DNA of 64,000 nt from Antedon mediterranea (taxonomy: Eukaryota; Animalia; Echinodermata): positions 4,526,001 through 4,590,000 of the forward strand of contig NC_092672.1 of NCBI RefSeq assembly GCF_964355755.1. Direction: 5' to 3'. The notes under the pieces were generated by a model that saw only the letters and a program-made list of their open reading frames with translations, was not told the origin of the DNA and searched no databases. Made by a program: the position numbers and the translations under genes. Positions within the stretch are counted from its first letter, which is position 1; every line of letters starts with the position of its first letter. Shown here piece by piece: positions 52,001 through 62,789 of this stretch.

Positions 52001-55000
52001 TAGGTTTGCAGTACACTTAGTGTTTAGATAAGGAATAAAATATGGTTGAGAATGTCTTGATTATTCGGTTTTTATGCTACAATTCTGATTTGGATTGGTT
52101 AACAGAACCCTGCCACTATGTCCACCTAAAGCTCTGTCTACACTATCAAACTTTATGTGATGAAAAAATGTATATGATGATGTTATATCACTACCATATT
52201 TGGGCATATCACTACTATATTTGTCAAACTAGTTTGATAGTGTAGATAGAGCTTTACACTCTGCTATTTCATCTCCACTAGCCTAGCATTATCCAGAAGA
52301 TGGTTGTAATTTTAGCTAGCAACATCAAGACCATCACACCCATAATTTAATTCTTTTTGGAAAAACATGGTGTACCGAACACCTTTTACTACATTATGAA
52401 CTAATTTTTAAGATAGGAAAAATCGGTAAGCAATATTAAGATTTAAAAACCTTTCGAGACTGCAATACAGATCTAATGTAACAAACATCCACTTAATACT
52501 ATATTTAATTTCGTTTTAATACCATAATAGGACAAATTCCTAGAGACATGGACAAAGTCACAAAAGGAATCCTTTTGCAAATATTTGTAATATTCAGTAT
52601 AAGCTAAAATGAACATAAAGTATGACTGCTATATTATTTGCCTGCAACCGTGTTAATAGTAACATAGGATATGAAATCAATCCAGAAATATAACTGTTTA
52701 GTATTGTACAGTTTTATAATAGAAAAGCTACTATTGTGGTAAAGATTATGATTGAAAATGTCCATCTGGTTTGAAGATACGATATTTTAAAAATATAGTC
52801 GTCACTCTGAAGAAAGTGCTTGTGGAAGGAGCACTGAAACTGTCAGTCAGGTCAGTAACTAATTTTTGCTTTTCAAAACAGATTTTAAAATATACGTGTA
52901 CGTTAAAGATTGTTGGGATAAAAATTATTGAACCAATAGGAGGGATCTTAATTGGAAAGATAACCACTACACAAACAATGATGTTTCAAATATAAACAAC
53001 AGTACAATTCTATTTCCTTATGCGAGCTAAGATAATTTACTTTCATTTTAATTGAAATTAAGTTCAGGTTTATTTGAGTCGTAGTAGTCCTACACACATG
53101 TTCTACAAGCTGTGAGTTTAGAGCATGATGACGTCAAGGAAATCACTCTAAATTTACATGTAATCAAAATAGATGAAGCTAAGAGATGGAAAGACAAACA
53201 AAAACAAGTTGAAATTTTCTAGGATGATGAGAAATGGCCCATGAAGTGATAGATTTTACTTGATTGGCAATGATGATAAAGTGATATTATGATGGTGATA
53301 ATAAATGATGTTACAGTGATAAAGATTCAATATGATAATGATGCAATGATCTTGTCATAATAATGTTATATAATGATCTTAAATGATAAATTAATTGTCT
53401 ATATATTTTATACTTTTTTACATATACTGTATATGCATATATTTTCTTATAAATTTTAAAAATGTTACGGTTACAGCCTTTTGGCTATTTGTATCATTGG
53501 TCGTCTGTTTTTGGACAATAAATATACCTGAATTATTATATTATTATTATGTCATTAAATATGTATTTCATGTAATGATAACTGATAATGATGTCATGAC
53601 AATAATTACTATTACTGTAATTATAGTACTTTATGATGATACGTATGCAAATTAATTTTCTATGAAGAGAGAAACATCAACATTGACACAAATTGAAATC
53701 GTATTTAAGCTCAAACGTGATAATATACGATGTGTTAGAACTGTGCAATCAATTATGTAAGAGCATAAGTACATTAAAGATGTAGCATGTAGATTATTAT
53801 TATAGAACAATGACGTGTCTACTGACAGTAAAAATAGCATGTTTGTCTCAGATAAATTTAGTAGAAATAAACATTAGGAATCAGCTTTACAACTTGAGAC
53901 CCATCTACATATAAAATACCAAGATACATAAACAACACTTAACAAAAATCATATTTGTAAATGTGCAAACGTATTATGATAGATATTTATAGACAAACTG
54001 ACAGCTAAGAATATCTTCGTGAAGTAAAATTTAAGAAAATATTTACGTAAACTTTCTAAAATTCTAAAATAGATATATAAAATGTGGGTTTTATATTCAT
54101 ACATAAATCTATAGATCAAATTGGGATATTAATTTTGAGGCAAAAACTGGCAACTAAAATCTTGCTGGTAAGACATTTAAAGCTAAAATATAATATGATA
54201 TAATTTAAGAAACTATTTGATATAAATAGCAACAGAATTTATAAATGTAATCAACTTTTATTACATTAAACAAAGTACTGACGGCAATAGAAGGTTAAAA
54301 AATATATTTCTAGTTGAGTTTAGCCATACTTTCTATGCAACTCTCTCTACTGCAACTCTCTCTACTGCAACTCTCTCCACTGCAACTCTCTCCACTGCAA
54401 CTCTCTCCACTGCAACTCTCTCCACTGCAACTCTCTCCACTGCAACTCTCTCCACTGCAACTCTCTCCACTGCAACTCTCTCCACTGCAACTCTCTCCAC
54501 TGCAACTCTCTCCACTGCAACTCTCTCCACTGCAACTCTCTCTAGTGCAACTCTCTACACTGTATTTACATCTACCTTTACAACTTAATGCAAATGTGTA
54601 GTTAAATTTATACACCATTCTCATTCACTTTTAATACATATATAAATCATTCTCATTCTAACTTTAAAAAATACACATTATTAATCAAATTAATTTTTAA
54701 ATGCATTGAATGCTTGGTTAATAATCAAGTTAATAATGAAAATCATATTTATGTTTCTGTAATTATTCAATAAATTATGAAATAATATCCCAGTGGAATA
54801 GAAATAATGAACACATTTACTTGTCTAAGTTGTCACTAAAGCAAGATGCAATGATTTAATGTGTATTAAAGTTAGCGAAGCGTGACTTTCTTCGGGTGCG
54901 TTACGGCAACAGGCATGCTCAATGGAGAGTAGCGTGATTCACACGTGAATGTTCAGAGTGAATATGTCCGAAATTAAAGATCAAAACGAGAAGGTGATTA

Positions 55001-58000
55001 TGATTGTATTGTGATCTTTTAATGTCACTTTAAATGTATGTTCAATAATAGTTTTTTTAGAAAAACATTTTGGTTTTCTTTTGTAAAGTAGGTTGTATTT
55101 ATTAAAATAAAATGATAAAATAGAATTGACATTTAAAGGAATTCAAATGTTCGATATCACTTTACAAGATCATTTTTTATAAAAAAAATTATAAAATATC
55201 ATGATACTCGAATTATATGCTGTTGGATGCTATGAAAGGAAGCATGATGTGAAATGAAGCATGACATGCAATGAAGCATGACGTGCAATGAAGCATGACG
55301 TGCAATGAAGCATGATGTACAATTAAGCATGGCCTGAAAACATCTCACTACAGTATGTGCAGTGAAACTTTGCGTGTAGTGTGACTCTAGGTGCAATGTG
55401 CAGACGTATGCAACAAATAGATAGTGAACACCGTCGGTCGGCTAACCTTCCAAATTTTGGAACACCTCGTTGCTCATGGCTGATGATGACGAAGAAATCT
55501 GCAACAAGTTTTCTGACTTTTCGGAGCGTACAGCCTGAGCACTCAGGCCATTGCTAAGGCTATGTATCAGGCCATCATCATCTGAGGTTATCTTCAATAG
55601 CGCCTCATAATACTGGGCTTCAAGGCCCTTTAGCCCAGCATCGATACTTTGACAACTCGACATTAGTTCTAAGCTAGCAGTCTCACTATCAGATTTGTCT
55701 GTGAACACTAACAAGCACGACAACATTTACGTGAACAAAGTGTTAGATGACAAAATATGCAAAAACGTTTTATAAAACATAAATGAATATTAATAGTACA
55801 TAAAAAACCAATATTAACAGTTAAGAACATTATTTATCTCTTATAAAAGTGAATGATTAAACATTAAAAATATGTAAATCAAATTTAAATTAAGCTTAAG
55901 TGTCTCTAAGTGTAGTTAATGCTTGGCCATCAATGGTGTTGTAATCTGTATGGTAATAACATTTGCATAAAGTCAAGTAAACAAAAATGTTTGAGGACAA
56001 TGATGTTTGAATGTAAAGATTTACTCTTCTTTTAAATACTTTAGGACTCGATCTCAATTTGTGCAAAAAGGAGCATAAGAAAGATTAAAGTGATTTGTTT
56101 GTGATTAAAGGATGTTTCATGCTTATATAAAAAAAAACTTGATGTAAGTAATTTAAGGAAAAAACTATTAAGAAAGTAAAAATCTGTGAATATGTATTGA
56201 TGATAAAAAGAGATATATGCCAACACACAAAATACAATTCAAACATACAAATGTATTATACAAAAACATGAAATAGAAATTATCAATAATTAAGTAATAC
56301 TATAAGAATATTGTCCTAAGTTTTTGATTTTTAGAAAATAAAAATTTAAGTTTTAGAAAAAAAATTGCATAATGAAAATGACAATGACAAATAAAGTTAT
56401 TGTAAAAAAAATAGTAAAATATACTGTTCTGAAAGATATTATGAACAGAACAAAAATAGCAACCAAAATTAGCCTAATATTTTAAATTACTACAGGACAG
56501 ATTGTTATTTTATATAGACTATTAAAAGTCTAATAGACATTAGACGTTAATGATTAAAACAAACATTGTTCCAACACAAAGAATATTTTTTTTTAAACCC
56601 TGTTGATTAGTTTCTGTAATGAAAAATGACTGTGGAATGTCAACAAATTTTAGTGAGGTATTAGATCAAAGTATAAGATTAAAATGTTAATAAAAAATGC
56701 AAAAAAAAACTTGTTAGTATAGTAGTATTAAGAGTACCAGCATTCAATTCTTAATGATAGCTGGAAAGTAATTAACAATATTAAAAAGAAATCGTTCCAA
56801 GAAAGTCCAGGGGAAATGTTTGTATTGTATGCTTGTCAGGGTTGATGTTCGGGGCCGCACACGCGTTTTCTCTAGGCCGACAAGTCTGGGTAATTCGTTG
56901 AAGCTTTGGAAGCGCATTGGCTTTGTTCTAATAATAAAAGCACGCCTTCCGCTATGTCGGCACAATTGTTCGCATGTATTATAGCTCTAGAATTACCACA
57001 GTTATCCATGTAGGTAACTCAGTTCCAAGGAACTATAACTGATTTAATGAGCCATTCGCAGTTTTCGCTAATTATTTTTTTTCAAAGGAACATCCTCCAA
57101 TGCAATCTATTAATTGGTAAAAAGAACTTTATTAGTAAAGCACAGGCAGTAAAACGATGTTATTCAGGTTAATCTATTTAAATAATAGATAAATTAGATA
57201 TGTAGTTAATTATGATTAATGTAATACAGACAGAAATGAAAAAAATATATATATTAGTGCAATAAATGTTAAACTATGATGTTACTTGATCTAAAGATGA
57301 AATGAATGAAAAGAAATGATTAGTAATAGAATTATTTTGTAAATGATGACACTCTTATCTGCGCCCTCACCTTCCAACTGGCTGTTATCGGCGCTTGAGT
57401 CGGCAAGCTCTCGGATTCTGTCGGCGATTAGGCCATCTGCAAGACCGTGTGTACTACTCACTGATCTGTTGACACTGTCTATAGACTGCTTGTCTAAAGT
57501 TTCTACAAACAGAATACAGTATCAATATTGGTCATCAAATCTATTTTTATTTGTATATGGTTTTGTGTATTTGTAAAAATATTGTTAATACTTGAATCCT
57601 AAGAAAATAAACAAGGGCCAAAAGTGTTTTGTTTCCACTATGAAGTCAATGTTACATTCATTCTACTGTTACTGGACAATTATTGAATATACTTATTACT
57701 TATACATATTTTTGTTGTTTAAAGATGTATTGTCCCCCTGACCAAATATTTATTAAACATTTTTTTGTTGAACATGCCATTTTAATGTCGCATAATAGTT
57801 ATCACTTTGACAAAAAAGATTGGAAAAAAAATGTATTTACCTAAAAAAACTGTAATTTAAAGCAAAAAATAGTCAAATTGGCTGCCAGCCAATGGATTTT
57901 TGGTTGAATTTAACCATTTATTTTGTCAATTATAGTGAAAACATTTTTTTTTCTATAGAAGTGATTAACTTTATTAAAACTACATAATCTATTCAAATTC

Positions 58001-59521
58001 TGATTTAATTAATCTTCATTTTTCATGTTTTTGGTGGGACAATACATCTTTAATAATTTTAGTTTATGTTAATATTATGATATAATACAAGGAAGTTATA
58101 TCTTGCTCTATCTAATTTGCGAATAAGTTCTACTCCTTATTAAAACATATCACAGCTCATTAAGCATTGTACTGGACAGTTGAAGATGAGCATTCTGGGA
58201 ATTAAACTCTGGACCGAAAGGTCAATAACCTGATTTATTAAACTGACGTTGTTTTAACGCATTGTACCGAAACGTGGACCATGTTAAACTTATTCGATTG
58301 CAGTTACTGCAGTAACAACACCACCTTTTTTGGTTAATCCTACATGCTGTTTATTGCAGTGACTACATCATAAACTAGATAAATTAAAACGATAGTACTG
58401 CAGTAATGCAACATAGTTTACTGCAGTTATAGTCCTATAGAATAATTTTAACATGATCCCTTATAGCTATTTGGAACATTGGTAATATCATTGTTTGTTT
58501 GGATTGTTATAAAATTTATGAAATAAATTAAAATGTGTACATGTCCGTATTTAACTCTAAGTTATGCGTACAATTTAAATGACATCAAAGACTATTCTGG
58601 TATTAAGAAATGCAGTTAGAATGGTTCGTTTGTTATGGAGTCGTTTCAGTTGGTATTTTATGTCGCGAATCCCCGAGGACATCTACTTCAATTTTAAACA
58701 GAATCGTCAGCTACATTACGGAATAATTTATATTGAACATTTTCCAACATATTATATGTTTGCATATGTTTACTCTTATTTTATGGATTTTAAAATGTTT
58801 TTATTTATTTTTTTTTATTTTTTAAAATGTTTTTATTTAATATAAATCCTCATGTAAATATAATATCAATTAAATTACAAGCATTTTTTAAAGCGTTTTT
58901 AAATGTCCTTCCAATACATGACATTAATAGTAATTAGTATCAGGGCTAGCAAAACTTTATCAAATTATTGCCATTTGGGCAAACATTGTCTACATTTTGG
59001 TTGTCCTAAACAATTTTTACTTTATAGGTGTCGTCTAAATAGGTATTGACCTTAAGTTAGAATATATTTCACTTTGTTTGTTTTATACACGACTTAATAG
59101 GTACCTGTCAGAGGGGTTTTAATGTATTGTAATGCTAAAGTCACTGATTGATTTTATGTTTTAATCAAACCATATTACATTTTAATTCGACACCTGCTTA
59201 AATATAGCATTGTGGATCGACTAATGGTTGCCATTTGGTGGCGTCACTCGACATGAAGGAACCCTTTGGAAGAAGTTATTGTATGTGCCATCTACACCTG
59301 TGAGCAATTCAGCTGTAGGTTGCATTTACATATACTGACTGTAGTAGTACTAACTATGTGTTAATAATATGGCTCACCTCCCAGCTTATTGCCCCAGTAC
59401 TCATCACTATCGGATAAAGTAAGCCATCTTATATTTTCACAATAAGACGACAAATTTGTTGCACTTGTATCGCCCTCTAACCTTGATTGTTGTAAGTCAT
59501 ACATGTGCTCCAACTGTTCAT
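23790..59521 (-). CDS. RIMBP2: RIMS-binding protein (RIM-BP/RIMBP2-like), 5'-partial; SH3-FN3-FN3-FN3-SH3-SH3
   Basis: Phase-consistent chain (-): 59521-59378?, 57502-57371, 55698-55447, 51773-51712, 50973-50788, 49690-49615, 49134-49108, 46649-46599, 44557-44417?, 42796-42716, 42100-41972, 38833-38567, 38092-37931, 37271-37158, 33606-33430, 32968-32811, 32453-32370?, 30792-30640, 29904-29529, 28821-28451, 28181-27729, 27149-27009, 23984-23790. Motifs [77 protein letters not shown]-terminal [10 protein letters not shown]. Confidence 0.92.
24331..24477. mobile_element. MITE with cttggttccca / tgggaaccaag TIRs
   Basis: Terminal inverted repeats visible. Confidence 0.6.
25109..25262. repeat. 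154-bp fold-back palindrome (possible Penelope-like remnant)
   Basis: 29-bp perfect outer arms aatatcaaactgactccaaataatgatag / ctatcattatttggagtcagtttgatatt; inner arms tttatttgatcatcatca / tgatgatgatcaaataaa. Confidence 0.8.
25749..26295. mobile_element. MITE family C, TTAA TSD (Kolobok-like)
   Basis: ttaa|agatgtattgtccct...agggacaatacatct|ttaa. Confidence 0.85.
27009..27149 (-). CDS. RIMBP2: RIMBP2 SH3-3 end exon
   Basis: aacag|[17 protein letters not shown]...ACA|gtaagt. Confidence 0.92.
27247..27337. mobile_element. MITE family A, internally deleted copy, TAA on both flanks
   Basis: taa|agctctgtctacactatcaaact...agtttgatagtgtagacagagct|taa; a second, truncated copy at 27379-27510. Confidence 0.85.
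27729..28181 (-). CDS. RIMBP2: RIMBP2 SH3-2 end and SH3-3 start
   Basis: [27 protein letters not shown]...[15 protein letters not shown]...[10 protein letters not shown]. Confidence 0.93.
28451..28821 (-). CDS. RIMBP2: RIMBP2 SH3-2 exon a
   Basis: [34 protein letters not shown]|gtagat. Confidence 0.92.
29529..29904 (-). CDS. RIMBP2: RIMBP2 exon
   Basis: ttacag|AAA GAA; [14 protein letters not shown] motif; ATA G|gtgagt. Confidence 0.88.
30075..30450. repeat. 22-24-bp minisatellite (attgcatgaataggggtgtccat)
   Basis: ~16 units inside a family-B MITE remnant. Confidence 0.9.
30640..30792 (-). CDS. RIMBP2: RIMBP2 exon
   Basis: atacag|GTA AGG...AGA|gtaatt; 153 nt, phase 0-0. Confidence 0.75.
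30923..31033. mobile_element. MITE family A copy
   Basis: TIRs visible. Confidence 0.75.
32156..32290. mobile_element. MITE family A copy
   Basis: TIRs visible. Confidence 0.8.
32811..32968 (-). CDS. RIMBP2: RIMBP2 FN3-3 exon b
   Basis: ttttcag|CT GAC; ADRLVL...[15 protein letters not shown]...AAG|gttagt. Confidence 0.88.
33166..33317. mobile_element. MITE family A copy
   Basis: TIRs visible. Confidence 0.8.
33430..33606 (-). CDS. RIMBP2: RIMBP2 FN3-3 exon a
   Basis: [46 protein letters not shown]. Confidence 0.92.
34108..34253. repeat. 48-bp tandem repeat x3 inside a family-B MITE
   Basis: acgttgtagacactgttttgggtcctgaagttgtccccttagtgttct x3. Confidence 0.92.
35280..35436. mobile_element. 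MITE family A copy
   Basis: TIRs plus two 21-bp units. Confidence 0.82.
36420..36548. mobile_element. MITE family C copy
   Basis: ttaa|agatatattgttcccc...ggggacaatacatct|ttaa. Confidence 0.8.
36918..37131. mobile_element. MITE family A copy with ~5 variant 21-bp units
   Basis: (atatagtagtgatatgcccaa)n; TAA on both flanks. Confidence 0.85.
37158..37271 (-). CDS. RIMBP2: RIMBP2 FN3-2 exon b
   Basis: tttag|GA TTG; [16 protein letters not shown]...IEFKTLPG G|gtgaga. Confidence 0.9.
37931..38092 (-). CDS. RIMBP2: RIMBP2 FN3-2 exon a
   Basis: [30 protein letters not shown]. Confidence 0.92.
38567..38833 (-). CDS. RIMBP2: RIMBP2 FN3-1 exon
   Basis: [21 protein letters not shown]...[25 protein letters not shown]. 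Confidence 0.92.
39080..39262. repeat. 21-bp minisatellite (aggattgaacatagaatagcc)
   Basis: ~9 units; short 18-bp repeat follows at 39298-39372. Confidence 0.9.
40540..41290. repeat. 31-bp minisatellite x~24
   Basis: tatttgtaccatcacactcataaacattcat units. Confidence 0.95.
41737..41960 (+). mobile_element. SINE fragment with Deu/Nin-like central domain
   Basis: ggttctggtggtagaacgagtcttcttggataaggactata..aggtcc..gagtaaggggttacccccggtgt; reverse-complement relative at 51095-51490. Confidence 0.65.
41972..42100 (-). CDS. RIMBP2: RIMBP2 exon
   Basis: ttttag|AT GAT...AAC G|gtaaga; [13 protein letters not shown] acidic motif. Confidence 0.8.
42523..42651. mobile_element. MITE family A copy (left end deleted)
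   Basis: Family internal sequence and right TIR. Confidence 0.75.
42716..42796 (-). CDS. RIMBP2: RIMBP2 exon
   Basis: cacag|AT GAT...CAG T|gtaagt; [21 protein letters not shown]. Confidence 0.7.
42886..43046. mobile_element. MITE family A copy
   Basis: TIRs visible. Confidence 0.85.
44417..44557 (-). CDS. RIMBP2: RIMBP2 putative cassette exon
   Basis: ctttattag|AA TTC...; GC-richer open frame [23 protein letters not shown]...; donor G|gttttt is weak. Confidence 0.45.
44897..45032. mobile_element. MITE family A copy
   Basis: TIRs visible, left one degenerate. Confidence 0.75.
45090..45484 (+). mobile_element. Decayed CR1-group LINE 3' end
   Basis: [10 protein letters not shown] motif, then a 3'UTR ending aataaatcaaatcaaatcaaatc. 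Confidence 0.6.
46599..46649 (-). CDS. RIMBP2: RIMBP2 51-nt cassette exon
   Basis: ctctatag|AT GGC GCT...GAA G|gtgagg; [17 protein letters not shown]. Confidence 0.6.
47415..47523. mobile_element. hAT-type MITE with 8-bp TSD
   Basis: ccaatatg|cagtggcataac...gttaagccactg|ccaatatg. Confidence 0.85.
47900..48455. repeat. Compound (GAT/GAC/AAT/GGT)n trinucleotide satellite
   Basis: 12-bp superperiod gatggtgacaat. Confidence 0.95.
49108..49134 (-). CDS. RIMBP2: RIMBP2 27-nt microexon
   Basis: cttgtctctgtccag|AC GCC AAA GAT TTG CTT GAC AAT CCA G|gtaaat; phase 1-1, DAKDLLDNP. Confidence 0.65.
49615..49690 (-). CDS. RIMBP2: RIMBP2 SH3-1 exon b
   Basis: ttcag|[26 protein letters not shown]|gtaagc. 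Confidence 0.92.
49709..49832. mobile_element. MITE family A copy
   Basis: Right TIR intact, left shortened. Confidence 0.8.
50788..50973 (-). CDS. RIMBP2: RIMBP2 SH3-1 exon a
   Basis: [39 protein letters not shown]|gtatta. Confidence 0.92.
51095..51490 (-). mobile_element. tRNA-headed SINE (Deu/Nin-like), interrupted between A and B boxes
   Basis: Minus strand TGGCTGAGCGGTTAAG...GGTTCGAGCC...gtcttctcggataatgactataaacagtaggtcc. Confidence 0.65.
51712..51773 (-). CDS. RIMBP2: RIMBP2 exon
   Basis: tttcag|AT CTG...CGA AAG|gtaagt; phase 1 to 0 bridge into the SH3-1 exon. Confidence 0.75.
52130..52252. mobile_element. MITE family A copy
   Basis: TIRs visible. Confidence 0.85.
54336..54560. repeat. 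15-bp minisatellite (tgcaactctctccac) x~14
   Basis: Directly visible. Confidence 0.95.
55240..55330. repeat. 17-bp minisatellite (aatgaagcatgacgtgc) x~5
   Basis: Directly visible. Confidence 0.8.
55447..55698 (-). CDS. RIMBP2: RIMBP2 exon
   Basis: ttcacag|AC AAA...GAA G|gttagc; 252 nt open, phase 1-1. Confidence 0.7.
56844..57068. pseudogene. 18S rRNA pseudogene fragments (two pieces, opposite orientation)
   Basis: Minus strand actgcgaatggctcattaaatcagttat..ggataactgtggtaattctagagcta..atacatgc (18S 5' domain); plus strand gatgttcggggccgcacacgcg..gtctgggtaattcgttgaa (18S 3' major domain). Confidence 0.85.
57371..57502 (-). CDS. RIMBP2: RIMBP2 exon
   Basis: tttgtag|AA ACT...GAA G|gtgagg; [10 protein letters not shown]...[18 protein letters not shown]. 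Confidence 0.75.
57723..58049. mobile_element. MITE family C copy
   Basis: ttaa|agatgtattgtccc...gggacaatacatct|ttaa. Confidence 0.85.
59378..59521 (-). CDS. RIMBP2: RIMBP2 putative N-terminal exon
   Basis: aaag|AT GAA...GGA G|gtgagc; 144 nt, phase 1-1; no recognisable motif. Confidence 0.5.
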
Positions 59522-62279
59522 CTTTACAATAAAAACAATCATTCAATTACTATCCGTTGGCATTGGATTAATTTGGGAAAAAGATAAAATCGCTTCGAGA
59601 ATTATTCTATCAAAAACAAATGTCAGAAAAGCTTTCACAACTAACGACGATAATGAAAATAGATAACATAAATGTTTATTTTAATTTATCTGGAAAATGA
59701 AAATTCAAAACAATGCTGATAGAAATAAATAAGCCTGTAGACAGGTTTATGTTTGTACGATTCCAGTCTGTCAGTCTGTCTGCTAGTCCAACCTCAAATG
59801 GTAAGTTTTAAAATGTGCATGTGTGTCTAGAAGACAGTGGATGCAACATTGTGAATAGTACATCAGTATTTGTTTGTTCAACCAAACGAACAAATGTTAA
59901 ATATTAAATGTTTCTGTCTACTGTTGTTCTGCCTGTCTGTCTGTTTGTCTACAGATACACACTGTAATAACTTAGAATAACTGTACAACACAAAACAAAT
60001 AAATTGGTGTTGGACAATAAATGAAAAGTGTTAGTAACAGTATAGAGTTACATGAAGTTTCAGGTGAAGTTACCTAATGTGAATGAAATGAATTATAAAT
60101 GTTATCTCCTGCAAAAAAGGATATTTTAAAATTAAAATGAAAATAAATGGTTATATGATACTCATTAAAATAGTGACAATACTTGGTACAATTTTACATA
60201 CTGTATCAGATACTACTGTATAACTGATAAATGTAAATTGGTAATTGAAACAAAACAATGTCATTATAATGTTTGTCCACAATACCATACTGATGCAGAT
60301 ATAAGCCCATCCTAGATTATATAAGGCCAGTCTGGAAAATTCCTTGAAAACAAGCTTATATCCTTGACATGACTCTTCCTCAAGAAGGAAGGGGATTGGG
60401 ATACTGAGTGGGTTTCAATATAATGAACATCCCAAACGTAACAGTTATGTTCAAAATGAGAGGGTTAAAAGTAGAATCCATATTAAGGGGACACCCTCAG
60501 GACCCAACATGCTGACTGTAGTGTTGAGATATATATAGAGACCCTTTTCAGAAATTTCCACTTAAAGAAAGATTCTACTATATTTGAATCAATATAATAC
60601 ATCAACAAACCACAAACCTGTAATATACATAATTGAAAACAATAAAATAACAATAAATATAAAACCATGGTCACTATAAACTAATTCATTATACAACATT
60701 TATACAAGGTTACAACAAGTTTAAGTGACAGACACAACATTTAATTGCATATTGAACATGTAAATGACAATAGCAATTAAGGAACATGAAATTACAGATA
60801 CTGAGGTGTTGTAATAAATAAACAATATGTACTAAAACATTTCTTTTGAAATCCAAGTCTCTGTCTAATAAAATAACAATTAAATAACCTCACATAAAAG
60901 ACGATAAATTATTACGGTGCAATTATTTATGTCGTAAACTCTGAGAGCCGTTCATTCGGTATTGACATGGTCACATTACGCAGTGTTCTGGATTCGATGA
61001 ATCTATAACATTAAAATATCTAGTGTTTCTTCCAATCAATGAAAAGTCGTATCAAGTTTCGGTGAAATTTTTATGTCATAGAAATCGGATAAGAAATAAA
61101 ATTTGTGTCTATTCAAAAGACTAGGATGATAAATTAATATTAAAATGAGGCTTTTATTAGTAGAGAGACTGGTTCAATTTAAACAATGTTGGTTTATATA
61201 AAATATTTAATATCATATCAAACTAGATCAACCTATGGAAATGTGAAAAAGATGTTTAATAGTTAATACACTGAAATACCTATAATTATGGTGGTACAAT
61301 TTGGTATGCTGACATGTCTTACATACATAAAACATTATTTAATATAAAAGACTAAGAAAGACTAATATGATGATAATATTATTTCTAGATAAGTTCTTAG
61401 TAATTATATAAGTAATTATAGTTGAAATTTATATTTGCATATCATACTTGGTAGAGTGGGTTGAATGAACTGACTATAAGTGTCTGAATATAGGATACGA
61501 AAAGGATAGAAGGCGCTCAACATATTGAAATTCTGGGTTAGAATCAGGAAAAATAATTAAGCAGGAATCATGGTAATTAGAATTACCCTTCCATTGTCTT
61601 ATTTCATGTTGTTTAGCGATTTAAGTACAGATGTGTGCCAAAATGGTTTTCTTTATTTTATACCAATATTAAATCAAATCGCCGTCTATACCTTAAAATA
61701 CTACCTGTTTTGGGTGTGTATTCAGGATTACTTTGCAGATTAAAGGTATTAACAAGGAGAAATCTACAAGATGTACCTCAGTCAGTTGACCATTAAGGTT
61801 GCACTTTCTAGACATAGCTGATGATAGTGTAATGTAAATTCATATATCATCACCTTTTCTAATTGTGGCAAAAAGTATAAAATGAGACAAATCTTGACAA
61901 ATTTCACAGCGAAAAAAATCATTATCATCATCTTATAGGCAGCTGTAGTTGATTAGTGGTGGTATTTTTACTCATCAGTATAGATACATACTATTAATTA
62001 ATCATCCTTTAGTCTATGCATGTCTAATCAAGCACAAAAACTACATAAATTATTTTCTCCAAAATGTTCAATGAAAAAGAAAAATCAAGTTAAGAAAATC
62101 ATATACTGTAGCAAGACTCAGAATAGTTGTGCGATGGCCTCATCATCACAAATTTGAATTTGAAACAGTCGCTAATTTTATTCTGACTATCTTCGCCAAA
62201 GGAAGCAGAGCACAATGGGAAAGTAAATAAATTATCTACTAATTCATTTCCCATCTTATAATGCATGTGTTTTATTGTT

Positions 62280-62395
62280 ATTTTCATTTCTGTGATTTAT
62301 ATATTTATATTATGTATGTTTTGTTTGGCGTCCCTGACACAAGCATTCTTTATTGGTGACGCCACCATTTTAGAAATAAATGTTGATTGATTGAT
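62280..62395 (+). mobile_element. LINE 3' tail remnant
   Basis: Stem-loop tggcgtc..gacgcca, AATAAA, (TTGA)n tail. Confidence 0.5.
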
Positions 62396-62789
62396 GCCTA
62401 CAGTACACTGAATGATTATTTAATTTTTCTTTGGCTTGTTTGGCCATATGGGTACGGTTTTCAAAAGAACATTTTTAATGATGTTAGAGATGATTTTACT
62501 GTGCAGATGTATATATGTAAATCACAGGTGCAACAAATTTGAATAACTGCTTTGAGATACGTCCCACCTGACAGTTTCATATCACGTACAGCTAGAGGGG
62601 TACCGTTGAGTGATACGAACGCAAACTCACTAACCATTATCACCTCATAGTCCTCTAACCAATCTATAACAGTAGGGAAGGAAAAGTCCTAAAAATGTCA
62701 CTACGTAACTAGTTTCTGAGTCTATTCTTATAGGATACAATCATGTTTATTCCAATATCTATTAATATCTGCCATGAAAATTGACATTA

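Noticed and set aside
52800-52860. Possible RIMBP2 exon [18 protein letters not shown]
   Set aside because: Purine-rich acceptor, and a weak donor whose phase is incompatible with the next exon.
54310-54624. ESCSG / LQLSP / VERVA repeat ORFs
   Set aside because: Translations of a 15-bp minisatellite.
56912-57068. Functional 18S rRNA gene
   Set aside because: Short, mutated and rearranged fragment inside an intron; recorded as a pseudogene.
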